DNA of 63,702 bases, filler included, from Octopus bimaculoides (Eukaryota): assembly GCF_001194135.2 (NCBI RefSeq). It is 8 parts of 7 records of this genome, joined end to end, with 100 filler letters (N's around TTAATTAATTAA, not from the genome) between each part and the next. Parts side by side here need not be neighbours in the genome. Positions count along the whole stretch, not along the records: positions 19,812 to 45,330 come from NC_068983.1; 7 more parts are not named here. One strand, written 5' to 3'. The position numbers and the translations under genes are program-made. Below, piece after piece: positions 23,896 through 36,675 of this stretch. Below the pieces are notes generated by a model. It worked only from the letters and a program-made list of their open reading frames with translations, ran no database searches and was not told where the DNA came from. Position 1 is the stretch's first letter, and every line of letters begins with the position of its first letter.

Positions 23896-25629
23896 AAAGA
23901 GTACAGTAAGATCCATGATGGTAGAATCCGAGAAGTATAAAGTTTCAATGGTAATCCAGGTGGAATAGTGGTGAAGTGGTTCAAGAGAGGTGGCAAAAGT
24001 CAAAGAAGTAGGTAGGAAAGAGATGACAGTCCAAGGGAGAAGGTTCAGGCTGGCAGAATCACACAGGGGTGACCATGCCAGTGTATATTATACAAAAAAA
24101 AACAAAGAACAAAAGATGGAGACAGGTGAGGGAACAACAAACAGGATGTATTAGTTTGACACTCAGGAAAAATGAAAGAAATCTTTGATGTTTTAAACCT
24201 ACATTCTTCTCTCACCTCTCTACGCCTTGTTTTTTGTATAATTTTGAACAATATATACATATTTTCACACACACACACACACACACACACATTTCACATA
24301 CATACAGATATATGTGAGAAAATGCTTTCAATACACAGAGTAAAGTTAGTTTATTCATTCAAAGCTTATGATTTACTCCCTCTCACCAGAGTTTTCCACT
24401 GTATATGGCCCTTCAATTGACAAAAAGATGGATCATACATGCTGCATTCAGTACTCCCTTCCAGCACCTTAAGCCACTGATGGTCATTCCCATACCAACT
24501 ATTCACCATTAACATGTAACTATCACAGCCTCTCTTCTATTACTCCCTCCTCTATTACTATTACCGATATCCCTTGCTATTCATTGCTCTCTCTCTCTCA
24601 CTTGCCTTGACTATCCTATCATGACGCTCACACTGTTTCTCTATTCAACCTCCTACCAACAATAGTGTAACTAACATTCTCTCTCTCTCTCTCTCTTTCT
24701 CCCATCACCCCCTCCCATGCCATGCCATAATTTTGCATCCTTCTGTTAGGTTCATATTCACATTCTCCTCTTTCACACTTTTGCTCAACACCCACCACCT
24801 TTTATTTATACTATTGGTCAGAAGGTTCCATAGTCTTGCACAGAAGAAAGCAACCTCTCCAATGTTAGTGTCACAACAAAATGCACCCAGTACATTCTCC
24901 AACATGGTTGGTGTTAAGAAGGGCATCTAGTCATAGAAATCAAGCTAAAAAAACATGGAACATACATGTGAGATGTAGTTCTTTGGCCCAGTTAAGAGAG
25001 CAGTAATTCTGAATTGGAACTGAATCAGACTGTGACAATTTGTTCAACTCATGCCAGCATGAAAAATGGTTATAAAGCAAAGTGATGACAATGGTGATGA
25101 TATTTTATTCAGACCCACACACCAGGTAGGTATTAATTAAGAATTTATTATTTCATTATATTTGACAATTTTTTTACTTTCAGAAAATTCCATTATCATA
25201 TTTGGTGGTATTAAATTTAGTAGCACACTAAACATGGAATAATAAAGCAACAGTGACCAACATATAGAACAGTATTTATAAAAAAAATAATAATAGTAAT
25301 AAAAATGCAAAGAAACAGGTATTTGGATAAATGTAAGGAACTGCAAGTCTACTAACAATTGATGCCATCTTAGTTTGATGCAAATGAAAACCTGAAGTGA
25401 ATGAGCTTAATTCCAGAAAGTACACTACCTTTTTGAAGATGCTCCATAGCCCGAGGTGAAAGATCAAGGGATGTTTAATTTCTGAACATGCTAGCCTCAC
25501 GGTTACACTATGCTGATCAATCCATCAAGCACTAAAAAGATCATGATCCATCTAGGAATGGACAGCAAGGTAAGAAAAAAGCCTCCAGCTCTGGCAATTT
25601 CCAAATTCATGCAACTGGAGAGCTGCTGG

Positions 25630-25666
25630 TCACTGAGTATGGACAATGGCTAAATCTTGCAGGTGG
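25630..25666 (-). CDS. Candidate last coding exon of the minus-strand gene (..SHLQDLAIVHTQ*)
   Basis: Acceptor TTTTATTTCCAAAACAG; its phase matches the 27859-27907 exon; stop at 25630-25632. Confidence 0.4.
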
Positions 25667-25928
25667 CTGTTTTGGAAATAAAAGCAAAGTAAATAGAAAA
25701 GTTTAAGGAATTTTTTTGATTATTGATTTTTTTTTTTTTTTCATTTAAATATTTTGGAGAAAAAAAAGCAAACAAAAAATATTTTTGTTGATAACATTTT
25801 TGAACCTTCAAAGTTTTTTTAATAAATAAAAAAAATAAATAAATAAAACAAAAACAAGCAAACTATCCAAAACAAAAAAAATGTAACTCTAAGCAACTAA
25901 GACTAACTAATTAACACTATCTTATTTA

Positions 25929-27193
25929 CAAGGGTGGGCTGAAAAGTTCATAGGCTGACTATGAAGGAGCAATGCTAGAGCTGTGAAATACTGCATGCAT
26001 CAATTTCAACTCTTTGTTATTAGTAACTGAATTGTTTCTTTCCAGGCAAACTGACATCTGACTGTTCAAAGAACACTTCAGAAATAACTACAATGACTTT
26101 TCTTGAAAATGGACAAAATTTGGCATCACAGTGTTATCAAGTACCTGCGGGAAAAGGGTTTTAGCCCCCAAGAACATTCATGCTAACATGGTTGCTACAT
26201 TTGGGGATGACACTCCAGCTTAAACAATAGTGCAAAAGTGGGCAACTGAATTTAGGAGAGGAAGGGAGAGTCTTCAAGATAACCCAAGGGCTGGACATCC
26301 TGCAACTGCCAACACTGAGGAAAACATTGATCGTGTTAATCACATGGTGATGGATGGTAGGTGATTCACTATAAATCAAATAGCCAATGTTGTTAGCATA
26401 TTCCATGAGAGAGTTGAGAATATTCTGCACAATGAACTTGGCATGACAAAGGTTTCTGCTCTGTGGGTGCCATGTCTTCTGACACCTGATCAAAAGTGCA
26501 CCAGGCAGATCACATCATGAGAAAATCTGACATTATTTGAGGCAGATTCAGCTGGTTTCCTTGAACATTTCCTAACCCAGGATGAGTGCTGGCTTCATCA
26601 CTTTGAGCGAAAGACAAAGAGATAATCTATGACGTGGAAACACCCCTCCTCACCTGCTCAAAAGAAGGCCAAGGTCATTTCATTAGCAGGAAGGTGACGG
26701 CCTCAGTGTTTTGAGATGCAAAAGGCATTAATTTTTATTGACTAGCTTCAAAAGGGCCACACCATAAACAGAGAGTATTATGCCAACTTACTGAGGCAGT
26801 TATAAAAGGTTATCAAGACCAAATGCCCAGGAAAACTGATATAAGGGGTCATAATTCATCAGGACAATGCTCCAGCACATAATGACTGCTGTTCATGACT
26901 GTGGCTTTGAACTAGTTGATCCCCCTTTCTATTCTCCTGACTTGGTCCCATCTGACTATCACCTGTTCCCCAACATGAAGAAACATTTGGCTGGGAACTA
27001 GTAATGTAGTGGCAATGATGTCATATTGGCTATTGATGTTTTTTTGGGGTTTTTTTACCAACAATGGGATCCAAGCGCTGCAACACCAATGGAAGAAGTG
27101 TGTAGACCACAAGGGGGACTAGGTTGAAACCACATTTGGTCACATTCCATGAGAGTATCTTGATCAACCTATGAACTTTTTAGCTGTCTCTCA
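25929..27193 (+). mobile_element. Full-length mariner element (1265 bp), probably irritans subfamily
   Basis: TA|CAAGGGTGGGCTGAAAAGTTCATAGGCTGA ... TCAACCTATGAACTTTTTAGCTGTCTCTCA|TA TIRs and TA TSD. Confidence 0.92.
26109..27137 (+). pseudogene. Mariner D,D34D transposase pseudogene
   Basis: MDKIWHHSVIKYL, WVPCLLTPDQK, FLTQDECWLHH, HQDNAPAH, FYSPDLVPSDYHLFPNMKK; several stops and frameshifts. Confidence 0.9.
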
Positions 27194-27858
27194 TATATTC
27201 ATGGAGCTAATGGTGCAAAGAGCTTTTTGATATCTAGAACATTCTATGACCAACTTCAACTAAGATTTTCTATTTTCTAGTACTATGAGGGGGGAATCAA
27301 AATACCAGTAACATATTCCTCAATAAATTCTATTTTGTTAGACATGAAGAGAAACTTCATTAGTAAGAAATATCTTACAAACTTCTCAGAACTTTCCTAA
27401 GACAAGGACGCCATCTCTAGTCAATCACTCAATTACATTCATTCTGTTAACTAGACATTTACAAGCCAATGAGGGAGCATCTGTACAGTCTTTCAACCTG
27501 CTAGAAATAGCAGCCGAGTGTTTTCCAAATTATCTCTCACTGTTTTGGGATTATGTGGCCTTGGATGCATTGTACATGAGAAAAAGCTGGGATGATCATA
27601 GTTGGAATAACTTTGATCACAGAAACACTCACATAGAGTGATCTGAGACTAAACAATAAGAACAATAACTGACTATTTACAATACTGCCATGAAAACATT
27701 ATCACTGCACCACCAACAACACCATCAGAACATTAGAGTATCACACTAAAAGCACTATCCTTCTCACACAGTTCAGACATTCATTAAACCCAAAGCTGCA
27801 CTAGAGTGTACATTATGACAGAAGGACAAGTGTCCTGCTCTGACCAAATTCACCTCAC

Positions 27859-27907
27859 CTGTCTTCAATGTGGCCATCATCAGAAACTATTGATACATAA
27901 GGACTGG
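27859..27907 (-). CDS. Internal 49-nt exon (ASPYVSIVSDDGHIED) of an unidentified gene
   Basis: Long pyrimidine acceptor TTTTGTTCTCTTTTTCTTCTCCCCATGTTCAG and donor CAG|GTGAGG; open in the frame set by the 14-nt microexon. Confidence 0.6.
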
Positions 27908-29209
27908 CTGAACATGGGGAGAAGAAAAAGAGAACAAAAAGGCAACGTGCTTAGACTGCTTCACCGTGTCTCATATTGATAAACCTCACTGTGTGTATGA
28001 AAGCCTAACAATCTTCCACTAGAAAGGAAGTCAGAATTTCAGTTTCTCAATCATGGCTGACCAACAACTACAACTAGTCAACTGCTTAATATATATTTCT
28101 CTCATACAATGTTTTATAAGTTAATATTATTTAATCCTGTAAATTTACAATCAGCCCTGAAAACTGCTTTAAATGCTAGGACAGGAAAATCTAACGATAC
28201 CTCTTGTGGCAACATCAGACAACAATGTCTGAGCTATACCCTAAAGCATAGGGTCCTCCAGCCCTGATCGTGATCCACATTAGAAGCTATTGCTCATCCA
28301 TCTCAGATGGCACTGTTGTTACATAATACAATTATTCTCTGATATTCTAGTACAGTCTGTTTAAATTTAATTGATAATCAACATCAACAAACAAATCTGG
28401 AGCAGCAAACAAAAATTAAACTACTTGAAGATAGCATTTTATTTATTTATTTATTTTATTTCTAATGAGACATGACACTTTCGGTGAGGTAATTCACTGA
28501 GGTGATTTATTCTGGTAAATTCTATATAGCCTGCAGTGAGATATGAAATGCTGACCAATAATAAGCGAAGGTTGAATATCACCAACTGGATTATAATGAC
28601 TGTCACAGAATTATTTACATAAACAAATACCACTTATATCACATAGCTGGTGTTAAGAAGAAATATTAAATATGAGCTCCAGCAATTCCTCTATATTAAT
28701 TCACATGTCGTTCCAGACTTAGAATGATAGAAAAATGGATGTAGAACTATTATTAAATGGTAAAGGCTAAAATTGTTTTACATTTAATTTTCCATCTGAA
28801 CATGTGTTTGACATATCTACAACAGAACAATATTTATACATATTAACACTATATTTTCTTAACAGTGAGATTTGGCTATTTCATCACAAGTCTTTCTTCT
28901 TATTCTAACTACAACCAACAAATGCCATTTATTCACCCATCGTATTTTCATCTGTTCACATTCTAAGTGTATAATAGCACAGTCATACCATGTTTGTATG
29001 TGAGTGTGAGCATGTATTAATGAATGCATTCGATGCCCAGCCATATTCTCACCCACTCATGTTCAACCTGTCTTGCCACTTCTGACATGACAACAAAAAT
29101 GACAAACAATACAGTCAAACACATGCAGACATGCAAATAAATAAGAGCACACACACTCACAGATCAAACAATGATATCCTACATTCATAAGCTTCTCAAG
29201 TGGACATAC

Positions 29210-29223
29210 CGCTACCACCCAAC
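29210..29223 (-). CDS. 14-nt microexon (LGGS)
   Basis: TTTTATTTCTTGATTGTTGCACCAG | GTTGGGTGGTAGCG | GTATGT; bridges the 37852 and 27859 exons in frame. Confidence 0.5.
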
Positions 29224-30489
29224 CTGGTGCAACAATCAAGAAATAAAACACTTCAAGATAATATTCACTTTATTTTTTTAATGAGACATAAAATTTTCAG
29301 CAAGGTGACTCACTGAGCAGATTTACACTGGTACATGATGAAATGCTTGGATTGAAATATGAAACTGCTGACCCATAAGCCAAGATCCAGTATCACCAAG
29401 TATGATTGGATCATGTCTCTTGAAGCATTCTATAAAAGTACTCGTAATCACATCAAAACACATCAGAAAACTATTGTATGGTGGTTACACCCTTTGATTC
29501 ATACTAAGCTAAAGAGGATTCCTTCCTATGATACAATATGAAATATTTATCTTGCTATTGTAAACCTGTTTTGTTTCATAATTTGATAATGTATTTCAAG
29601 AACCTTTTGAAGAGAAACCTTTGAATCTTCTCAAACTATATACTATTTGTTTGTTATTCAGCATGACTGGTGTCTAATGATCACATTCATTGAATGTAAT
29701 CATTAGACACCAGTCATGCTGGAACGTCACCTTCAAGTGTTTCTTTTTCTTTTGAGACAACCATATCAACCTCATCACTTATTTCAGTCAAGTATTTTTT
29801 CAATCTATTTACAGAATGAATAACTAAGTTACCATTTGACATAACGAGATGTAAGTCAACACACTAGCATGTACACACACACACACACACAACACACTAC
29901 CACATAGTTTTCGCCCCTACCAAATTCCACTCACAAGGTATTGATCAACACAGGACTATAGTAGAAGTTACTGGCCCAGGGTACAATGCATCAAGACTGA
30001 AACAGGCAACCTGTGGTTATGAAGCAAATTTGTTAACCACGCAGCTATGCTGGTACCCACTTGATAAAAGAAAATCAAACTGAATTCTTTTGACAGCATC
30101 TCAAATATGCAACATCATTTTCCATAAAGCATGCAAACGGAACTATCATAGCAACTAATTTATTTTTCTAAGCTTTCACTAATTCTCATCTACACCACAA
30201 GTTAAATATATTTGATTCAGTCGTTTTCAATTTTATGACAAGATGTTATTTCAGTCATTTTAAATCTGTTTTATTCCATGCGAGCATGGGCTGGATATCA
30301 TTTTACACTCAATGTCTTTTTTGTTGCTAATCCTTACCCATTTTCCATGTAGGAGATTTTTTAATCAACTGATCTTCAAAAGTGTAAAGTGATGCAATGT
30401 TGTCAATAGGGGAATGTGAACATCACCTCATTTCACCCAGGCAGTGACAAATGAAACCATAAAATATCATTCATGCAAACAGACCCACA

Positions 30490-30526
<37 letters not shown>

Positions 30527-30621
30527 TTATTTATATATATATATGTGTGTGTGTGTGTGCTTTTATATACACATTTGTATGGTAGACAGACAATCCATCA
30601 ACAGACAGTTGGACAGGACAA

Positions 30622-30740
30622 TTGTGTGGTATGGTGCAGAGTCCTGTTGCTAGACATAACATGTTCCAGTAGCCACCCTCTTGATCCAGGGCAGCACAAC
30701 CTCCTCCAGGCACCTGATGTAGGTCTCCGTGTTGAATCTG
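30622..30740 (-). mobile_element. maT/DD37D-type transposase internal fragment
   Basis: RFNTETYIRCLEEVVLPWIKRVATGTCYV*QQDSAPYHT (second catalytic D region). Confidence 0.75.
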
Positions 30741-30847
30741 TTGATCTGTGGTCGTGTAGGAATTGTCTGTCGGTGAATTGTCTATCGACAAATTATTTGC
30801 ACACATATTTGTATGTGTGTGTGCATGTAATGTAATGTGTATGAGAT

Positions 30848-31030
30848 CATCATCAATTAACATCCATTTTCCATGCTGGCTTGGGTTGGACAGTTTGTTG
30901 CCAAGATCTGATGAGTCCAAGGTCTGTATTAACATGATTTCTATGTTTCTATGATTGGATGCCCTTCCTAATGCCAACTACTTTATAGCATGTAGTTGTG
31001 TGCCTTTTTTTCATGCCACCAGCACTATTG
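30848..31030 (-). mobile_element. Family B retroposon 3' end, diverged
   Basis: (CAT)n then TTTCCATGCTGGCTTGGGTTGGAC...GGATGCCCTTCCTAATGCC. Confidence 0.7.
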
Positions 31031-31261
31031 GGGTTGCAATGCAGCTTACAAGACCATGAATTCCGAGGGAAAGGGGTTTGGCTTTATGCTGGGGGATGAG
31101 GGGTTAAAGTATGAAAGATGGAGGAGTAGAATTAGTAGATAGACACTGTATGGAAGCCCATCCTGTGTGTGAGTATATATATATATATATATAAATGTTG
31201 AACAATGAGAATGAGTGCTTACACCATATTGGTAGATAAAATTTCTTTATTTGTGTATTAA

Positions 31262-31441
31262 GGCTACTATCGGTTTCATGTTAAGAAAAATGTATTAATT
31301 TTTTAAGTCGATCACATGGAGGAATGGTGTTCTTCTCCATCTTGGATGAAAATACCAAAATGGAGACAAACACCATTCCTCCATGTGATCGGCTTGAAAA
31401 ATTGTTAATACATTTTTCTTGACATGAAACCAATGGTAGCC
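31262..31441. mobile_element. Fold-back MITE (180 bp), TTAA TSD, GG termini (Kolobok-like)
   Basis: TTAA|GGCTAC ... GTAGCC|TTAA; the arms pair almost to a roughly 9-nt central loop. Confidence 0.75.
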
Positions 31442-32029
31442 TTAATACACATATAAATCTATATATATTAAGAAGCATCCATACAGTTTTTGTCTACCAC
31501 TTCCACTCACAAGGCAATAGTTGACCCAAGCTATAACAGAAAGCACTTGCTCAGAGTGTTACAAAGTGAGCAAAACTATACAGTTACAAAAACTTTACAA
31601 TTACAAAAACTACACTTCAACACTATACGGTTACAAAGCGAACTCAAAATCCATACAGTTATACCTGCTACAACTGTATACAACTATGACTAGACATTTA
31701 GGAAGGATGACAGTTTTTTTTTAAAACCCCTACAATCATCATCATCATCAGTGGAATCTCCGTATTCCAATTTTTACATTGAAAATACACACCTGGAAAA
31801 TCACATTATCAAATCATCCTAATCTTGTATTGTCTCACCTTTTAGCCCCCAAATAGCAAGCCAATGATCTAATAGTCACATCTCCTCCTTCCCCACTCTT
31901 AATTCTTGCTACTTTTCAGCAGCAGCAGTGAATTACACATGTTCTTAACTAATATGAATGATTCTTATGCGTTAAGACTCGCAGAGATTTCTGTTTCTGA
32001 ATGTCTGATAGTGTGATAATCTCTTCTTT

Positions 32030-32048
32030 TCATGCCCTCTCATACAGC
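32030..32048 (-). CDS. Candidate alternative terminal coding exon (..RLYERA*)
   Basis: Strong acceptor TTTTTTTTTCAG at 32049; phase compatible with the 37852 exon; no clear donor nearby. Confidence 0.3.
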
Positions 32049-33342
32049 CTGAAAAAAAAACCCCAAAAGAAAAAACAATATAATTATGCTAATATTAAAT
32101 ACTAAATCAAGATCAATGATTTATGACATTTGCTATTGATCCAATCTAGGGCTTTTCCTCAATAAACCACAAATTCTTTATATCTAATGAAGGTCAAGTC
32201 AATAAATCTCAGTTAATCCACTTCCCATTATTCAAGACTAATCCTTTAACTCATACACGGTGAGCCTCTAAAATTACAAGGTAGAGCTCTTTAAATTTGA
32301 CCTACAAAAAATGCACTGGTCTTTATCCACAAGCAAAATCTGGCATTATCACAGTTTTAGATAAGCCATTCCAGGTAACAAGATTCCAAGTTCTAATCAG
32401 ACTTATAACACATGATCTCAATGGATTTTGACACACTCAGCACCAAATGAATAAACAACCTAGATCTGGAGTACAACATATAATACTTATACACATTTCT
32501 GGTAACAAATGGATGAAAGAGAATACTGACGGTAAAGTTTAAACTAGCATGGAAAGCGGACGTTAAGCGATGATGATGGTGATGATGATGATATATATAT
32601 ATATTGTGTGTGTGTGTGTGTGTGTGTGAATACATTAAATTCTTTCAAATTATATGCACACAAATGTAAAATTATTTACAATATGTGGAAATAATTCTAT
32701 GAAGTATACGAAATAGAGAAAAGGAAAGATGAAAGAAAGAAGAAAAGAAAAGAAAAAGAGAGATGATAGAAGGAAGTGTCTATAGCCTTGTTATGTGACT
32801 AATATGGTCAACTGATGATAATGTTACAATTAATATTTAATCTAAGTTGTAAAAGATCAATAATTGGGACAGTAATTTTAGAGTGTTGATCATTTTATTC
32901 TCAATATTAATACTAAGTCAGTCCTAATTGAGAAGATATTTGATCAAAGATATTCAAGCAGGACCAAGCTTACTTTTGATTTTTTTTTTCAGACACAATG
33001 TGTATAGAACTATATTATGCAATTATCCTATTATTATACAGAGTATGATCTGAAGGAGATCAGTTGCTATATCTACCAAGTCAACTGACCCAATAAAGGC
33101 TTGGTTGTTATTGTTGCTCTACTTCAGGTCAGTCATGGTATGATAAACCTTTAATCAAAGGAAACCCAGTCATAACCCTTCCAATTTTAAAATTCAGACT
33201 GTATGTCGAACTCCATTATTCAATATGCTTTAGGAAAAAAATGGAAGGGCAGCACTGCAAGCAAAATACTTGGATGCACAGTGGATTGCTTGAGGGTCTT
33301 GAAAAACATGTAATTCACAATTTTGTTATACAAGTATGACAT

Positions 33343-33740
33343 AGGCGCAGGAGTGGCTGTGTGGTAAGTAGCTTGCTTACAAACCACATGGTTCCGGGTT
33401 CAGTCCCACTGCGTGGCACCTTGGGCAAGTGTCTACTATAGCCTCGGGCCAACCAAAGCCTTGTGAGTGGATTTGGTAGACGGAAACTGAAAGAAGCCCG
33501 TCGTATATATCTATATATATATATGTGTGTTTGTGTGTCTGTGTTTGTCCTCCCACCATCAACCGATGCTGGTGTGTTTATGCCCCCGTAACTTAGCAGT
33601 TCGGCAAAAAGAGACCGATAGAATAAGTACTAGGCTTACAAAGAATAAGTCCTGGGGTCGATTTGCTCGACTATAGGCGGTGCTCCAGCATGGCAGCAGT
33701 CAAATGACTGAAACAAGTAAAAGAGTAAAGAGTAAAGAGT
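33343..33740 (+). mobile_element. SINE family A, full length
   Basis: A-box-like TGGCTGTGTGG, B-box-like GGTTCAGTCCC, CORE-like ACCTTGGGCAAGTG, internal (TA)/(TG), tail GACTGAAACAAGTAAAAGAGTAAAGAG. Confidence 0.93.
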
Positions 33741-33756
33741 GAGATATAATGATTTC

Positions 33757-33951
33757 ATATTTTGGTACAAGGCCAGTAATTTCATGGGAGGGAAGTCAAT
33801 TACATCGACCCCCACCCCCAAGTGTTCATTGACCCCAAAAGGATGAAAGGCAAAGTCAACTTTGGCAGAATTTTAACTCCAAACATAAAGCCAGACAAAA
33901 TGTCACTAAACATTTTGCCTGGAGTGCTAACAATTCTGCCAGCTCGCCACT
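33757..33951 (-). mobile_element. SINE family C (Deu/Nin-like domain)
   Basis: Minus strand GGCGAGCTGGCAGAATTGTTAGC...AAAGTTGACTTTGCCTTTCATCCTTTTGGGGTCAATG. Confidence 0.8.
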
Positions 33952-35537
33952 ATTGATTAGGAAGCCACACATAATAAGTAATAGCTTTACAATAAAACAT
34001 TTTTTGTTTTTTAAACTTTCCATGCAAAGAGTGCCAGATTTGAGAGAGATGTGACTGCTGTCTGTAGCAAGTTGAACATCCATGTAGAGCTTCATACACA
34101 TGATCAAAGAAGTATGAATGTAACTAACCATTTATCCATTTATTTAACTTGGATTGCATGGAGAATTATTTGGAGAAAGGCATTTTATAACTGGATGCCC
34201 TTCCTGTCACCAAACCTACCATTGCAAGTATGAAAACAGTATTCCACTACAACTATTATATATTCAAATTTCCCCCACTAAACTTTACAATCTCTATAAA
34301 ACACACAAAAACCTACAAACAGTTCAATTAGAATTAAATCTTAACACCAAATCTTTTGGGCTCACCTCATCACTCTCAGTAAAGTCTGCAAATTTGAATC
34401 ACTTTGAGCAAAACTCTTCATAGGTAAGAAAGAATTTTCTTCAATGCTTATATATTAGGCTCAACAAAACTTTTCTTTTTCTAAATAAGAGGTTTGTTTA
34501 AAAAACCAGTACTCACACTTCTCAGCAGCATAGAAACTTATCAAAATTTGCAAACTTTACTAATTGATTTTCTGCTGACACAATCCACCAATAATTTCCT
34601 CCTACTCTGGTTGGTATTTGCTAATATAAGATTGTTGCTAATTTATTTTAGCCTTATAAAATTTTAATGCAACTTATGAAATTCTTTTCAATTGAAAATG
34701 TCTGCCAAAATTCCATGTACCTCTAACAAACTGTTATTTTAACCCATTTATTATGGAAAACTATTAAAACTACAAAACAACTACTATTATCTTAACCTAG
34801 TTACAACTGTGAATTATATACACTAATATCACCAACAAATAAACAACCTGTAAATCAGCACCATTTATAAAAAAAAAATTCTTTATTCATCATTATCATA
34901 TTTGTAGTTTTACTAAACTGAATCATATCTAAATTACTCAACATACTGAATTTCTCAAGACTGGAGCCATTCTGTGTCATTACGTCAACCTCAACACTTA
35001 TTTTCACTCTCATAAGAACAAAAGGCGAAGTAAACCTAGGAGCAAAAGGATATAACCATGATGGAACCAAATAACACGAGGAACTTTTCTGAGGCACAAA
35101 TCCCCCACTTTTCATCAATATGTGCACATTACACATAAATGCGTCCAAGAGCCTTCTAGATAATATTTGTCTTCTAGATTTAGCTCACAAGACTTTGGTC
35201 AGACGAAATCAATAACATGCGCCAGTCAAGCTAAATGTTTTACAATATTTAGTATATTCATGTTCTGAAGACAAATCCTGACGAAGCTGAAATTGTTTTC
35301 GAGATTCAAAGGGTGAATGAAATACATACCAGACATGTACTATGGTTGGGTTAATCAATTATGCCCTTTTCTTATAAGTGTCATAAGACACTGTACCTAT
35401 GTAAAATAATCAATATTAGAAAAAAGATTTGAAACGAGCAATAAGCACAGAATTCTAGATGTTGAGGAGACTATAAGACAGACAATAACCATAGACAGCT
35501 TGACATGTAGATCAAGATCTATATATCTACATGTATA

Positions 35538-35643
<106 letters not shown>

Positions 35644-35796
35644 TGTGTGTATANNNNNNNNNNNNNNNNNNNNNNNNNNNNNNNNNNNNNNNNNNNNNNN
35701 NNNNNNNNNNNNNNNNNNNNNNNNNNNNNNNNNNNNNNNNNNNNNNNNNNNNNNNNNNNNNNNNNNNNNNNNNNNNNNNNNNNNNNNNNNNNNNNN

Positions 35797-35843
<47 letters not shown>

Positions 35844-35844
35844 T

Positions 35845-36064
35845 ATGTAGGCACAGGATGTCATGAAACGTAAACAACAAAAAAATACGAAATATGAGTA
35901 CATGGAATATGAACTATTTTTTCGAACAACGCAGGACAGAAATAGAAAACAAGACAACATAAAGAATGACCCTTCATCTGTTATTGGTTGTTTTTCTACT
36001 TTCGTCTTTCAAGCATTTAACAATGATATATGCTTTCGATGAAACAGTTGCTCCCGCAAAGCAC
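35845..36064. mobile_element. Family P3 short repeat attached to (TA)n
   Basis: Similar to 56820-56995 (reverse orientation), 56075-56224 and 15811-15934; all contain a CCTTC(A/G)TC(A/T)G core, i.e. C(T/A)GA(T/C)GAAGG on the other strand. Confidence 0.65.
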
Positions 36065-36069
36065 AATAC

Positions 36070-36675
36070 AGTCTACCTCCCTATGCTCAAGCATTGGACT
36101 ATTTATTTTTATTTTTACCAAAAAGTTTTTTTGAAACTGTCACGGAGGAAACAAGTATGCTCAATGCATAATTTCTATTCATGGAAGGCCCAATCCATTA
36201 TGGCAGACAACTGATATTGTGGAAAAGTGAGCTTTTTTTACTATAAACATTATGTTTGGTATCAACTGTGGAACTATTGGAATCCTGATATAAGGTATGG
36301 TGATCCATATATCCAGCATTACGTCTAACTATAGTTAATTCATGTAATGTTTATGTAAAAAACCACAAGGTACCTCTGCCACCAAAGGACTATGAGCTTT
36401 TGAAATTCCAGGTTGACATCGCATCTTGGTTACATGAGGGCCTTTCTTCCAGAAAGCACAGAACTGGGAGAAAAGCAAAATTAACTGAAGTGTATGTCAG
36501 CAGAGAAAATATTGACTTCCATAAAGTGGAAAAAATAAATTGAAGGGAAAAGTTTGCAGACTGTGTTCATTGAAAACAAGAAAAGCTGTGAAAGGATATG
36601 AGGCTGTGACCTCATATGTGTTCGTTTTGCAAAGTGCCCTTGTGTAAAGGATGCTTTGGACAGTTTCACAATAGA
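36070..36675 (+). mobile_element. piggyBac-like transposase relic, internally deleted
   Basis: N-terminal LDYLFLFLPKSFFETVTEETSM and C-terminal Cys-rich C-x2-C ... CSFCKVPLCKGCFGQFH (with a frameshift); middle of the catalytic domain missing. Confidence 0.7.

Noticed and set aside
28455-29420. snoRNA interpretation of the duplicated intronic blocks
   Set aside because: No C/D or H/ACA boxes conserved in both copies at workable spacing; kept only as an unexplained duplication.
33343-33420. tRNA gene calls for SINE heads (also 39898, 59374)
   Set aside because: A/B-box-like motifs are present, but there is no cloverleaf and each continues into a SINE body.
35255-35305. CUGACGA-AGCU-GAAA hammerhead-like string
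   Set aside because: Stem II is too short and stems I and III do not close.
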